Shown: one piece after another, positions 1-13,829 of the stretch
Layout of the letters: every line of letters begins with the position of its first letter
Position numbering within the stretch: the first letter of the stretch is position 1
From: Veleropilina oligotropha
Lineage: Eukaryota
Direction: 5' to 3'
Assembly: GCA_048128005.1 (NCBI GenBank)
Contig: JBEUKZ010000093.1
Span: forward strand, 310,001-374,000
Length of the DNA: 64,000 nt
Made by a program: the position numbers and the translations under genes
The notes under the pieces: generated by a model
Seen by the model: only the letters and a program-made list of their open reading frames with translations
What the model was told of the DNA's origin: nothing
Database searches by the model: none

Positions 1-423
1 TTAATCATTCTCTCCAAGCGATTTGCCAATAATTACTGCATCATATAGGTTGGCATTTTGTAGATCCATGAATCTATATGGGATATTCCTGTCGATCATT
101 AATCTTCTTGCATAGTATCATCCCAGTTTAACAGGTATAATAAATGTCAAATTCCATCTTGCAATTGGTAATTTGTTCAATTGTGACAAAAAGGAATGGA
201 TCGATAATAAAAGTCCTGTATATTTCCAAACATCATTTGGTTCAAAGCAGGACATGTCCATATTATCGCGAGAGGAAACCCGCCCTCTCCGACCAGTTAT
301 GGACAACTGTGATTCATAACTTGAACAAATGTATGATGTCCCTGCCGATGCTTGAACCCACTACTGTTCGCATCAGCGGAAGCAAGTCAGTGCTTTTCAG
401 AGTCCACAACCGATACCACACGA

Positions 424-687
424 GGAGGAGGAGGAATTATGCTTAATGTCCTGTATATTTATAACATCGAGGTTCAAGGCAGGACATGACCGTGTTATCG
501 TGGGAGGAAACCCCGGTCGCCGGGTAAACCCGCCCTCTTCGGCCAGTCACGGACAACTGTGCTTCATATAACTTGAACAAATGTGTGCTGCCTCAGCCGG
601 GGGTCGATCCCACTACTGTTCGCGTCAGCGGAAACAAGCCAGTGAATTTAGAGTGGACACTCTACCCACTGCGCTACCGAAGCGGCC
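424..687 (-). mobile_element. tRNA-derived SINE with target-site duplication, nested in an older copy of the same family
   Basis: Minus strand begins with A box TAGCGCAGTGG and B box GGGATCGACCC, has a central GGGTTTCCTCCCAC motif (V/Meta-SINE-like) and a (CCT)n tail. Flanked by ccgataccacacga at 410-423 and 687-700. Absent at the paralogous site ~4823. Confidence 0.8.
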
Positions 688-2100
688 CGATACCACACGA
701 TTGTCGAAGTGGCCTCAATTGTGATAAATCATATAGAAAATGGAATTGGCAGTACACATGACTTCTAGTATTCTTGTTACTATGTTCAATAAATGGACGT
801 GCGAAGTGAGATATGATGTCTGATTGGGAAATATGGCACTGGTAATAAACAGTTCCCTCACAAAGGTCCGGGTCTCAACAGTGTATCCAAAGTTTACGAT
901 GAAAATGAGTTCTCAACCAGATCCAAGGAAACCGCATCCACTGACATTGAATAAAATGTTAAAAAAATCTGGCGTTTCATCCACTGTAAAATGTTCCAAC
1001 ATGAAATTGCCAGATTACCCAAACTATATTCTCCAAATTAATTTCTGATGCAATATGGTTACATAAATCTCTTTGCTTTAATGAAATTCCGAAAATCATC
1101 TGATATCAATACACTGTTCATTTTAGAGACATATTTTTGTGCCGTGGAAGTTGAAGATAAATTAATTGTACGACAACTTAAATAGTATTTAGTCCCCTGT
1201 TCAGGCTTCACAGTGAATTATTATAATTTAGTGACAGTCATAATACTAAGTATTTGTCTCATCTTCTTTATATCAAGCAATCAAAGTGACAAAGAGAATT
1301 CACTAGTACTGGTATCAATAATGTCTTTATGGTTGGTAATAATAAATACTATTTATATTTGAATAATGAAAACCAGCTGCATACTTCAATATCATTAAAT
1401 TTTAATTGCCTATGTATTATCGTAACCATATTAACTCATAAACAGAGAAAGCAATAATAACCTGGAGAGTGGATGATTTTGGTGAATTTGTATATTATAT
1501 ACTGTTCATGGCAATTTTTTGGCCATTCAAAATGGTCAAATGGTTTCTCCTGCACACCCAAAGAAAAACATTGCTACTGCCTACAAACTGAATGTTATCT
1601 GAAACTTATATAAGAAATACAATTTGAAATTGAAAATATATTGCAGTAATTGATAATGTGTTTACAAATATAATTTTAAATAACTTTAAAACTAATAGAT
1701 ACTATAATCTATTAAAATAAAATAAAATAAAACCATATGTACAAAATTGAAGTCACATTCTCTTGAATTTTTTGTTCAGTATCCCAAATCTAAACTTTGC
1801 TCATTACAGATTTATAGACTAAACCAACACATTTACTAGTTATTTTAATAGTACTGCACACACAAGACGGTGATTAAATAAATAATACATTATTCTGTAT
1901 TTTGTGTTAAAAAATAAAGGGTACCCGATCATCACTTAATTGATTTTACATTATCATTATAAATTTATTCAATAAAATTGAATGTCATTCTGTTATTAAT
2001 AATTACTTAAAAACAGCTCTGCAGCATATTCGTGCTGAAAATTTCCGATTTAATATCGCGGTTTTAGTTTAATATTAGGCGATATTAATGAACCGTCGAG

Positions 2101-2190
2101 TAGTCTCGGTCACCGCAGCCCCGTTCAGCTTCCTGTCGTCAACCTCAGTTGACGGCAGGAAGCTGAACGGGGCTGCGGTGACCGAGACTA
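2101..2190. mobile_element. 90-bp hairpin MITE with 9-bp TSD (TAG...CTA termini, possibly Academ-type)
   Basis: Near-perfect palindrome tagtctcggtcaccgcagcccc...ggggctgcggtgaccgagacta, flanked by accgtcgag at 2092-2100 and 2191-2199. Empty site at ~8443. Confidence 0.85.
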
Positions 2191-4416
2191 ACCGTCGAGA
2201 AGTTATGAACGAGTGGCGAAACAAAAAAGGGGCATAACTCTATTGTTTATATCGTTTTTGATGATACTAAATCTAATTTAATATATAAAACAAACATTTG
2301 ATAGTGTTCAGAAATATAGCAGGTGCCGATATATGCTAAAGACTACAAAATTACATAATGATTAAAATTAAAACGAACAGTCGCCTAGGTAAGTAGGTTA
2401 AATGTTGTCAGAAATGTCATTTTTCGTATCCAGCCGGCCGGCAAATATACGCCTAAAACCTTATTCTATAGTAATGTACCGTTTAAAAAAACCCGTGTTT
2501 CTTTTAAAATTACCTAGAATATCGTAGTTGATGCATGGTGTTTATCGGCGAACCCCGGAAACAGTTTAATATGGATAAAAGCGTATTTCAGCGACGACGT
2601 CCCATTCACGGCAATGCATAGACAACGTGGTAGCCATCCACAATGGCCGACCGAACTGCATTGTGGGTCTAATCGCGAAACCCTCTATATATATATCGTC
2701 TATGCATATTTGTATGCATACTTTACATAATAAAGTTTATAAATCTCTAAGTCTGAGATTAATTTTATTTTCATAAACGGGCGGAACCACCCATGCTAAA
2801 GATAAAAACAGGCCAAAAACACCCAGGCCGAACAGGAATCAGGCCGAAACTGACTACTCAAGGCCGAATGGGAATCAAGCCGAAACTACCCGGATTCTAA
2901 ATTAAGAACCATCGACTGATCGAGGCGCAATTTCCTAGCATTTCTATTTAGTTATATAGAGGGTTTCGCGATTTCGATTTACGCCATTGTGGATGGCAGC
3001 TTCGACCTCCCGTTCGGTTTTCCGCGAAAATAATAATAACGTCTTGCGTGTGTTTTGTGTCTAAAAAAACGGTAGAGTCATTTTTCGGCTACGGTTTGGC
3101 ATAAACAATGTTAAAAAATATATTTAATTCCAAAACCCAACGTTGAAAACTGCATGTTCTCATTTGGTAACTTTATTCAAAGGAGATTCAATCTAACTAA
3201 CCCGATGTCAGATTCAGAAAATAACGCTAGGTGCTTCATTTATCGGGAATAATATTGAAGAAATGCATCAACATTAAACTTGCATTAATCCAGGAACATT
3301 TAAAACAAATATACGCTACAAGATAGGGCACATTAATTTAAATCAATTTATTGGGCCTTCTAGCTGCACCTACGCTTTCCCCAGGTTTGTATAATAGCCC
3401 CAGATTGCATGCGTTGCCGCCAGCAGCGAAGTCGGCACAGCGCAACGTTGAAGTGAGATTTACCGAATGGGCAAAATGTTGTGTTGTATATGAAATTTCT
3501 ACTGCTAATAATAAATATGTAATATTTTACAGATGTATTCCGTTTATAATAATAATTAGTATGCAGGCTTTACTAGACTAGTGAAAACAAGCTGTAAATA
3601 TAGGCTGCCTAGGCCTATACCAAAGACTGCTCGGTCCTCGAATTTCACCACTGTCAATGCTCGATCAATGCAATGCAGACAGATTGTGTTTATTTATTAG
3701 ACGTAATCTATTTTATTTTTCATTTGGGCATGTTTTGTAACTAACTATGTATTTGGAGCATAACTAAATATTTGATCACCAAGAATAATATATATAATTT
3801 ATTATATCTGTGCTGCTGCATGTTTTATAAATTATGTCAATAAAATGTAAACTCAAGCAAATAACAGGAATCTGTAAAAGAAGTGAACATTTTAGACTTG
3901 TATAGTGATTTACTGAATTGCTTTATTTATTATAATTTATATGTACAAAGTATTATTAATTTATAAATTAAATTTCACCAGGAATTATCTTGGAAAAGAG
4001 ACAAAAAATGTCCTGTATAGATATAATATTTACAATCTTCAGGTTCAAACCAGGACATGTTAATATTATTGAGGGAGGAATATCTGGTCACTCGAGTAAA
4101 CCCGCCCTCTCCGGCCAGTTATGGACAACTGTGATTGATAATTCAACAAAGAACAGGGCCACAATCAAGCTGAGGCAGAGGAAGCAGCCGCCTCTTCTGA
4201 TTTTAGGTCGGTAAAGTGATGGAATATTTTAAAAACCTTTTTTGGCATAAAATTAATCATATTGTATGTACATCCAGTCCACAATATTGTCTACTCATAT
4301 AGAGCCATGTACACACAAGGGATGTGCACAATTGACACGATATATGAAGCAGGACATGATTTTATTGTTTGTAAATCAGTGATCTAGTGTCTTGATTTGT
4401 GGAACAATGTGACATT

Positions 4417-7400
4417 TAATCGTCCTCTCCAAGCGATTTGCCAATAATTACTGCATCATATAGGTTGGCATTTTGTAGATCCATGAACCTATATGGGATA
4501 TTCCTGTCAATCATTAATCTTCTTGCCTCGTATCATCCCAGTTTAACAGGTATAATAAATGTCAAATTCCATCTGTCAATTGGTAATTTGTTCAATTGTG
4601 ACAAAAAGGAATGGATCGATGATAAAAGTCCTGTATATTTCCAAACATCATTTGGTTCAAAGCAGGACATGTCCATATTATCGCGGGAGGAAACCCGCCC
4701 TCTCCGACCAGTTACGGACAACTGATTCATAACTTGAACAAATGTATGATGTCCCTGCCGAGGTTTGAACCCACTACTGTTCGCATCAGTGGAATCAAGT
4801 CAGTGCTTTTCAGGGTCCACAACCGACATCACACGACTGTCGAAGTGGCCTCAATTGTGATAAATCATATAGAAAATGGAATTGGCAATACACCTGACTT
4901 CTAGTATTCTTGTTACTATGTTCAATATGGCACTGGTAATAAACAGTTCCCTAACAAAGGTCCGGGTCTCAACAGTGTATCCAAAGTTTACGATGAAAAT
5001 GAGTTCTCAACCAGATCCCAGGAAACCGCATCCTCTGACAGGGTGAACTTGGTATTGCTAGCCTGTGGTTATCTCTTCTTTCAGACACATGCAAACGGTA
5101 AACCTTTTACTTAAAATATTAACATGTAAATAAATTCTTGAAAGTATTTCTTATTGTATTACTATAATCCTGAATTTGTCAAATACCAATTCAATTAACG
5201 ATAATTATGTAAATATTCCTGTTCCACAGTGACTGTGTATACTATTATGCAGATTACAATATGTTTCAAGGCTTGAACTCCACATTTAGTCTCAGTTTTG
5301 ATGCCTGAAGCTCTACTAACAGTTGGCTTAGCAACATTCAATTTGTTTTGTGGCCACTTGAGACAATTTTTCAGGCATATAAATTATAATATTATGGTCT
5401 AGTAGTCTGGACATCCGGTTTAAGGTCTCACTTCATTCGGACCGACATACGTTTATGATATGCCTTCTATTATTTTAAGCAGTAAGACAAACTGCCGCTG
5501 GTCTCGATCCCGGGACCAACTAACGCCTTCAGTTGAGAGTCTGATGCATCAACCACTCACCCGCCGATGCAGAAGTAAACAGACAATTAGCATGATGACC
5601 TACCTAGTCATTGAACAAAATGTCAAAAAAATCTGGCGTTTCATCCACTATAAAATGTTCCAACATGAATTTGCCAGATTACCCAAACTATATTCTCCAA
5701 ATTAATTTCTGATGCAATATGGTTACATAAATCTCTTTGGTTTAATGAAATTCTGAAAATCATCTGATATCAATACTGTTCATTTTACAGACATATTTTT
5801 GTGCCATGGAAGTTGAAGATAAATTAATTGTATGACAACTTAAATAGTATTTAGTCCCCTGTTCAGGCTTCACAGTGAATTATTATAATTTAGTGACAGT
5901 CATAATACTAAGTATTTTATCTCATCTTCTTTATATCAAGCAATCAAAGTGACAAAGAATTCACTAGTACCGGTATCAATAATGCCTTTATGGTAATAAT
6001 AAATACTATTTATATTTGAATAATGAAAACCAACTGCATGCTTCAATATCATTAAATTTTAATTACCTATGTATTGTCGTAACCATATTAACTCATAAAC
6101 AGAGAAAGCAATAATAACCTGGAGAGTGGGTGATTTTGGTGAATTTGTATATTATATACTGTTCATGGCAATTTTTTGGTCATTCAAAATGGTCAAATGG
6201 TTTCTCCTGCCACCCAAAGAAAAACATTTATTGCTACTGCCTACAAACTGAATGTTATACGATCTGAAACTTATATAAGAAATACAATTTGAAATTGAAA
6301 ATATATTGCAGTAATTAGGGCTCCAACAGCTTCAGCTGGAGCCCTATTGTTATTGCTATTTTGTTTATTATTATTATTATTATTATTATTCTTATTATTC
6401 CGGCTGAGTTTTGTACCAGTGATAACTTCCAAACCGCTTAAATCAAAAACTCTAAAAATGGTAAACATGTAGCTATGGTACTGAAGTTGAATCGCACTTA
6501 ATTTCTGCTATGCGGCGCCACTGGCTTAGCGGCAATTAAGGTTTTTTCTTTAAAAAAGCACCTTTTTATACCATCTTCTTCGGCCAAACGGCTAAAGTGA
6601 GCTACGCGATGTTCCTAAATAATGATCTTCACTATGTGAAGAACAATGTTTGAAAGCGAAAATGTTATCGGAACAAAAGCAAGGCAGTTACGGCCATCTG
6701 AATCTCTCAATAATTGTGAAAAAATCACACTTTTTTATTTCAGCGGTCACCATTATCCGATTTAAGTTAAATTTTCACTGAAACTATACTGTATTAAGAT
6801 CATTTTAATTGGAAATTTTGGCATGCATATGATCAATATTTTTTATGTTTATAAGACATATTTTTATTCCTACTACAGTCTTACGAAGGCGATTACAGCA
6901 TTTATGATGTTATCATGAATGAAGTAGTGGCATTTTATGATCTGGTCTTGCAGATGTCCTAAAGGCTGCCTGGTGTAGGCAGTTTATGATGCTGATTTAT
7001 TGACTCTACACGCATGTACCCAGTCCCAGTGACCAGTTCTATATATTTATAATTATTAGGGCTTCAGGTTTTGAAAAAGGGCTGAAGGCCTCGACATTAC
7101 TGAAAATGTTTAAAGGGGCTATATCTTGTAAACGGTGCATCTTAGTCATATAGTTACTATGGGGAGCTTATGGGAAGTCATGGGTACACTTTCGAAAATG
7201 ACCTTGACCTTTGACCTCAGTGACCTAATTAGCGAAAAATTGCCGAACTCGGAAAAACCGCAGGGGATGGAGTGCAATGGGTAGTGGGAACGTATTTGAC
7301 ATCGCATTTCCAAGATGGCGGAAATCGGACGCCATTATGGAAATTGTTTCAAGGGGCTGTATCTTGTAAACGGTGCATCTTAGACATATAGTTACAATGG

Positions 7401-8938
7401 GGAGCCTATGGGAAGTCATGGGTAAGCTTTCAAAAATGACCATGACCTTTGACCTCAGATGACCCAGTTAGCTGTAATTGACCTAATTCCATGATTTTGG
7501 GGGTAGAAAGCTGAAATTTGGTTTGCAGGTAGATATGGTGTTTATTAAGCGCCTGTACATTTTTCAGCTAGGTGGCGCCACTGGTTCGGCAGTAATTGAC
7601 CTAATTCCATGATTTTGTGGGTAGAAAGCTGAAATTTGGTTTGCAGGTAGATATGGTGTTTATTAAGCGCCTGTACATTTTTCAGCTAGGTGGCGCCACT
7701 GGTTTGGCAGTAATTGACCTAATTCGAAGATTTTTGGGGTAGGAAGCTGAAATTTGGTTTTCAGGTAGATATGGTGTTCATTAAGCGCCTGTAAACTTTT
7801 CAGCTAAGTGGCGCCACTGGTTCGGCAGTAATTGACCTAATTCGATGATATGGCGGGTAGAAAGCTGAAATTTGGTGTGTGGGTAGATGCTGTGTTTGCG
7901 AGTGCCTGTAAACTGGTCCCTGAATTGGAGCCCTAACAGCTGCTTGCAGCTTTAATTTATAATGTGTTTACAAATATAATTTGAAATAACTTTAAAACCA
8001 ATAGATACTATAATCTATTAAAATAAAATTAAATAAAACCATATGTACAAAATTGAAGTCACATTCTCTTGAATTTTTTTTCAATATCCCAAATCTAAAC
8101 TTTGCTCATTACAGATTAATAGACTAAAGCAACACATTTACTAGTTATTTTAACAGTAGATGGTAATTAAATAAATAATACATTCTGTACTTTGTGTTAA
8201 AAAATAAAGGGTACCTGATCAGATATCACTTAATTGATTTTACATTATCATTATAAATTTATTCAATAAAATTGAATGTCATTCTGTTATTAAAAATTAC
8301 TTGATAAAACAAATCGTCATATTAGGTAAATAAGCTGCTTTAAATTAAACATGCATAATAAAAACAGCTCTGCAGCATATTCGTGCTGAAAATTTCAGAT
8401 TTAATATCGCGGTTTTAGTTTAATATTAGGCGATATTAATGAACCGTGGAGAAGTTATGAACGAGTGGCGAAACAACAAAAAAGGGGCATAACTCTATTG
8501 TTTATATCGTTTTTGATGATACTAATTCTAATTTAATATATAAAACAATCATTTGATAGTGTTCAGAAATATAGCAGGTGTCGATATATGCTAAAGACTA
8601 CAAAACTACATAATGATTAAAATTAAAACGAACAGTCGCCTAGGTTAAATGTTATGTCAGAAATGTCATTTTTCGTATCCAGCCGGCCGGCAAACATACG
8701 CCTAAAACATGATTCTATAGTAATGTACCGTTTAAAAAAAACCGTGTTTCTTTTAAAATTACCTAGAATATCGTAGTTGATGCATGGTGTTTATCGGCGA
8801 ACCCCGGAAACAGTTTAATATGGATAAAAGCGCATTTCAGCGACGACGTCCCATTCACGGCAATGCATAGACAACGTGGTAGCCATCCACAATGGCCGAC
8901 CGAACTGCATTGTGGGTCTAATCGCGAAACCCTCTATA
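4417..8938 (+). repeat. Local direct duplication, copy B
   Basis: Colinear with 1-2689, with extra segments at ~5040-5608 and 6317-7957. Confidence 0.9.
6317..7957 (+). mobile_element. Non-autonomous Helentron/DINE-like element
   Basis: Present only in copy B, at a TT-containing site with no unambiguous TSD. Has a 5' hairpin agggctcca...tggagccct, then (ATT)n, internal ~118-bp tandem repeats (7470-7900), and a 3' ggagccct followed by a short hairpin agctgcttgcagct. Confidence 0.6.
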
Positions 8939-10079
8939 GCCTCTCATATGAATACCGGTCAATGGAGCGCACGGTCAATGGAGCGCATTCAAACTGCAGA
9001 ATTGTCGCGGTCAATGGAGCGCACGGTCATTGGAGCGGACGGTCAATAGAGCGCACTATTATTATGTTGATTAATAGTGTTTAAATTTTGACTTCGCACG
9101 TTTATTGGCATATGATGTAACCATCATTTTTTAAATTTATGCTTTAGGACAAATGCACCGCGATCTCTCGGGAGAAGCACGCGTTTGCTTTTAACGTAAA
9201 TTTGACTTCGCGTGTTTATTGATCTATGAATGTTATAACCATCATTTAAAACAATATTCTTTTATATTTCAGGACAAATGCACTGCGGTCTCTCGGAAGA
9301 AGCTTTGATTCATAAATTTGACAGATTATTTCATATTTGCTTTTCGAAATTGGAAATAAACATATATAAATAAATTATATTGGCTACAATGACGCCGTGC
9401 GTTAATTATTATACACTATATTTATAATGAACGTAATTGGTTTAAACGATATTTATTTGTTTCTTCATGTCATTCATAATGCAGGTTATTTACTAATATG
9501 TACACGTTGAGGATTTAACAACAAGATATCATTTAGACCTTATATACAGTTATCTCCTCAATTCATGTAATTATAATTTATAGCTCATGTAAAATTACAT
9601 GTCATATATATACTAGATGGGATATTTATTATTATATTTATTATATTTTCATATAGATACTTGATATAATGTAAAATAAAGGTGTAATAAAATACTGTTG
9701 AAAAGTATACATGTTTTATTAATTTCGAAATGCCATATCCAAATAGGCCTACGTTATGTTCATATTGGCCCTTATATTCGTAATCTCCCTACGTAATCTC
9801 CTTGTATGAGTAGTTCTTACCCAATTACGTTTGATGTCAGAAAGCATAGAAAGGCAGTGAATTAACAAACCCAATAATCTCCAAGTGATAATCCAGATTA
9901 ATGAAATCCGATTATTCGGATTATATCATTTGATACATATTTTGTTGCCGCCCTGGGATCAGAGTAGGTGTTGACACGTCGGTGAGATCTAATGTAGCGA
10001 TACTATATATACGGGTGGCATTTGCAAATAGGTTCAAACATCTTGTTGCTCTTTGCTTATCGTAAAACAATATTCAACC

Positions 10080-13000
10080 ATGGAAGACAACAATTGTGCC
10101 CGTTGCCACCTCGAAGTTACCCGTCGACAAGAGGCTCTCCTCTGTGACGGTCCGTGCGGTCGTTGGCAGCATCGTCGTTGCGAAACTGGGATCGATCGAC
10201 AGACTTATCGACGTGCTATACGTAGTAAGTAATTTTATTACAGAAACTGCGTGTTTGAAATTATTAAAATAAAGTAGGCCTACTTTTAAAGACTCTCTTT
10301 TAAATTATAACGTCGCGATTGTCAATGTATATCAGCTGGTGTGTCGCAAGGGTCCGTATTGGGACCGGTATTCTTTCTTGTCTATATCAATGACCATATC
10401 GATAACCTTGTTAATGCTTTCCATTCAAATGTCCGTCTATTCGCAGATGTTACACATTGTACGTACAATTTTCCTTTCTACTATTAAGACTGATAATGTT
10501 CAACGTTTTGTTCATCTGTAGTGCAAACTGACGTTTGTCATTTCTTGTAGATGATATTGAAATTTCCTGGAAGTGCGCGGAGTGTACTGATCTGGCAACT
10601 GCCGATGCGTACCTGGACCAACATCCTGACGTGGGGCACTCGATAGACGAAGATGCTGATGCTGCTGTGTCTGATGTTGAAGATGCTCCGGTGTCTGATG
10701 TTGAAGATGCTCCGGTGACTGATATTGACGAGCAGGACGTCCAAGAGGTAATATCTTCGGATCGTATATTCGCGTCTTTACATTAATATCTAATATTGTC
10801 GGCGTCTTTCATTGAATCCCTTTCATTTCGCTTTGAAAATATATATCTATATATCTCATGGTTCTTTTTTCTTCATTCAGTTCAAATGATTTATTTATCA
10901 TATAGATTATAGGATCAAGATTATAATATCGTAATGTAATGCATGGTCAATTATATGTTATGTTATAGGAAATGCCGTCATTCATGGTTCCACTCGATGT
11001 AGAGGAGGAGCCGTCGTTATTGGAAGACGAAATGATAGAAGAAAGCGATGACGCGATATTACAATTTGAGGTCGTGGCCAACGGAACGTCGAGGGGACGT
11101 CCGTGTCTCGTTGAATCTACAGGGTAGGCATTTATTATTTTGTAATGCTTCCTATATAATTACGCAGAGTATAATAAATGCATGTATTATCTCTATGAGG
11201 AGCGCATTTGCAAAACCAATTTGGGCATTTTGCACTAAATGTTAGGACATATAGAAGAAACACATCATTTATCGGTAGTAAAACAATATTATTACTGAAC
11301 ACGATATATTCATCCTTAATACTAAATATCCGTTTAGGTTCAATAATCATGTAAATGATAATGATTGCTGTTTAAACTAATGGTGCTTTTCTTTCCAGGT
11401 TTTCGTACGGCGTGGATAGGCGTACGAATGGCATCATCCATTGGCGCTGTACCAAGAATGGCAGGCAATCGTGCAGAGCTCGAGTTCGGCAAGACGGGTC
11501 CTCGTTTCAACGTGGACCCCATTCGCACACCCACGCCCCTGAAGCAGGTGTCCTCGAGAAGGCGACCCTAATTCGCGATCTAAAGGCAGTCGCTACCCGA
11601 AATCCCTTCAAATCGGCATATACTATTGCCGAGGAGCTGCTCGTTGGTAAGAATATATCATAATCATAGTACATGTACTTCATAGCCAAAAGGCTGTCTG
11701 GACAGTCGGGTGGTTAAGAGTACCGACTCTAAAATCACTGGCTTAATTCCGCTAACGGATGTTAGTGGTTCGACCCCTCGGTTGGGAGTTTTTCAGTTAT
11801 GAATTACAATTGTCCATATCATTGACAAAACACGCATATTTTTATCATTGACAAAACACGCTTTATTTTTGCAGGAAATGTATATAAACTTATCATAAAC
11901 TTGTCTTTAACAGATATAAACCGCGTTCCAAATCAACGCCCAGTAGGTCAACTTGGCAGGATAGCCAACAGACACCGCCAAAGCGACCGACCACGCCATC
12001 CAACCGACATGGATTTCGATATCCAGTACGACCATGTCCCTGCCGATCTTCATGTCGTTGACATCCACGTGGGCGAGCGACGACACCTCCTAATGTATTC
12101 CGACAGACAGTTGGAGATCTTGAGCAGATCTCGCAGCTGGTACGTGGATGGAACGTTTAAGGTGAGAATAACCTTTAAACCTAATAATTGTAATTGTGTG
12201 TGAACATAATTTGATGTTACGATATTTATCCTTTAAGTCTTTGTAAATGTGTTTGAATATAATTTTAATACGTTATGGTGTGTTAACGTTAACGTTGTGT
12301 AACATTCTTGTTGCAGGTGGTAAAGAGGCCCTTCACGCAGCTATGGAGCATCCACGCTTTCGCGAGAGTCGAGGAAAATGTGAAGCAACTGCCGTTGCTA
12401 TACGTCCTGATGTCGGGAAAGAGAAAACAGGACTACAAGTAAGATATTGATTTGTATTCATACTTTTAATCAAACTTGGTAATTATGGTCGGTAATTATA
12501 CTTGGTAATTATGATCGGTAATTATACTTTATAATAATCATCAGTGTTCACACATTATAATATATAAACGATTTATATATATATATGTATATATCCGATT
12601 TTATCCATTTACAGGTGCATCTTCATAGCCCTTAAGGACTTGCTGAAAGCTGCTAATGATGTCTCTCCGTGGAAAGTGGAGAGCGTCGTCGGAGACTTCG
12701 AGTCTTCTGTTTGGAGAGCGTTTGCAGCAGGTAAGCATATTTCCTTTAACAGGACAGTACTGTATATAAGAATATATGTAATATGGTTAAGATATGCACT
12801 GTTATATTTGTTTATTATATTGATTACCCGTTTATTGGATAAACACAGTATTTTAGTATACATTTATTCAAATTGATAACTTGGCAAATTCAAGGTAACC
12901 ATACAGCATGTTTTGACCAGGCTATATTCGAACCAGATCTTCTGATTGTTAATCCATTACACTCTGCCATGCAATATGCTCTCTTCTTGTAGGCCTACTA

Positions 13001-13807
13001 TTAATTAATATTTTGTACTTACAGAATTTCCTGAGATTGAAATGCGCGGCTGCGCATTTCATTGGACACAGGCTGTGTGGCGAAAGTTGCAGGAACTGGG
13101 GCTGCAGACCTTTTATAACGACGACGCGACGGCAAACCGCTATTTCCGTCAAGTGCTGTCATTACCTTACCTGCCAGCGGAGCTGATCGCTGGCGTTGTC
13201 CAGGAGCTTCAACAGGAGGCTGCAAGTGAGGCACAGCGCAGCCTCCTCGCTTACGTCGAGCGTAACTGGATCGACAGCACTCTCTGGCCCCCCTCCACAT
13301 GGTAAGCTTATAGAAATAACATTGCATTTGTTTTGAAGTCATATTGGCCATGTCTTTCTTTTTAAAGATGAAAGTAAAAGTCAATGATTTAAAGTGGGTC
13401 CAGTCCTAATTAAATTACAATAATTACTAATATATTTTCATACTTTCAGATATAACTAATCTGAATAAAAACCTGAATACATTAACCACTTCATTACTTT
13501 CAGGTCTGTTTTCTACCGTACGGTGCGAACCAACAACGACGTGGAGGGGTGGCACCGGAGGCTGAACGCACGGGCAAGCAGGGGAGATCTAAACATGTAT
13601 TTGTTGATGTCCCTGCTTGCCCAAGAATCCAAAATAGCGGATATTGAGATACAGCTATTGAGAGAGTCACAGGTGACCCGCCGTCAGCGATCGAATCGCA
13701 ACACAAAGACTCTATTCGCAGCCTGGGACAGACTGATCGCGAAGGAAAGAAACGCAAGACAAACCTTAAAAGCAGTGAGCAGAGTGGCACCAATGGCAAT
13801 TGAGTAA
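10080..13807 (+). CDS. MULE transposase, 9 exons, ~603 aa (PHD finger + FLYWCH + DDE)
   Basis: Exons 10080-10224, 10551-10747, 10969-11123, 11399-11646, 11914-12161, 12317-12438, 12615-12730, 13025-13301, 13504-13807, all GT-AG with consistent phases. Motifs: CARC..CDGPCGRWQHRRC..WKCAEC, WRCT..C..HSH, VDGTF, GDFE, GCAFH, NNDVEGWH. Confidence 0.9.
10330..10455 (+). mobile_element. LINE reverse-transcriptase fragment in MULE intron 1
   Basis: Translates as ISAGVSQGSVLGPVFFLVYIND...VRLFAD. Confidence 0.8.
11691..11790 (+). mobile_element. tRNA-derived SINE head fragment in MULE intron 4
   Basis: A/B-box-like gggtggttaagag...ggttcgacccc, and shares the aatcactggctt...ttccgct core with the SINE family at 424-687. 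Confidence 0.55.
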
Positions 13808-13829
13808 ATGTTTCATGTTTATTTTTAAT

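Larger units (their letters stand above)
1..2689 (+). repeat. Local direct duplication, copy A (may extend beyond the window start)
   Basis: Colinear near-identity with 4417-8938, e.g. tctccaagcgatttgccaataattactgcatc at ~11 and ~4427; both copies end in aatcgcgaaaccctctata. Confidence 0.9.

Noticed and set aside
590..690. tRNA gene
   Set aside because: A/B boxes are attached to a repeated body and tail with a TSD, so this is a SINE head rather than a tRNA.
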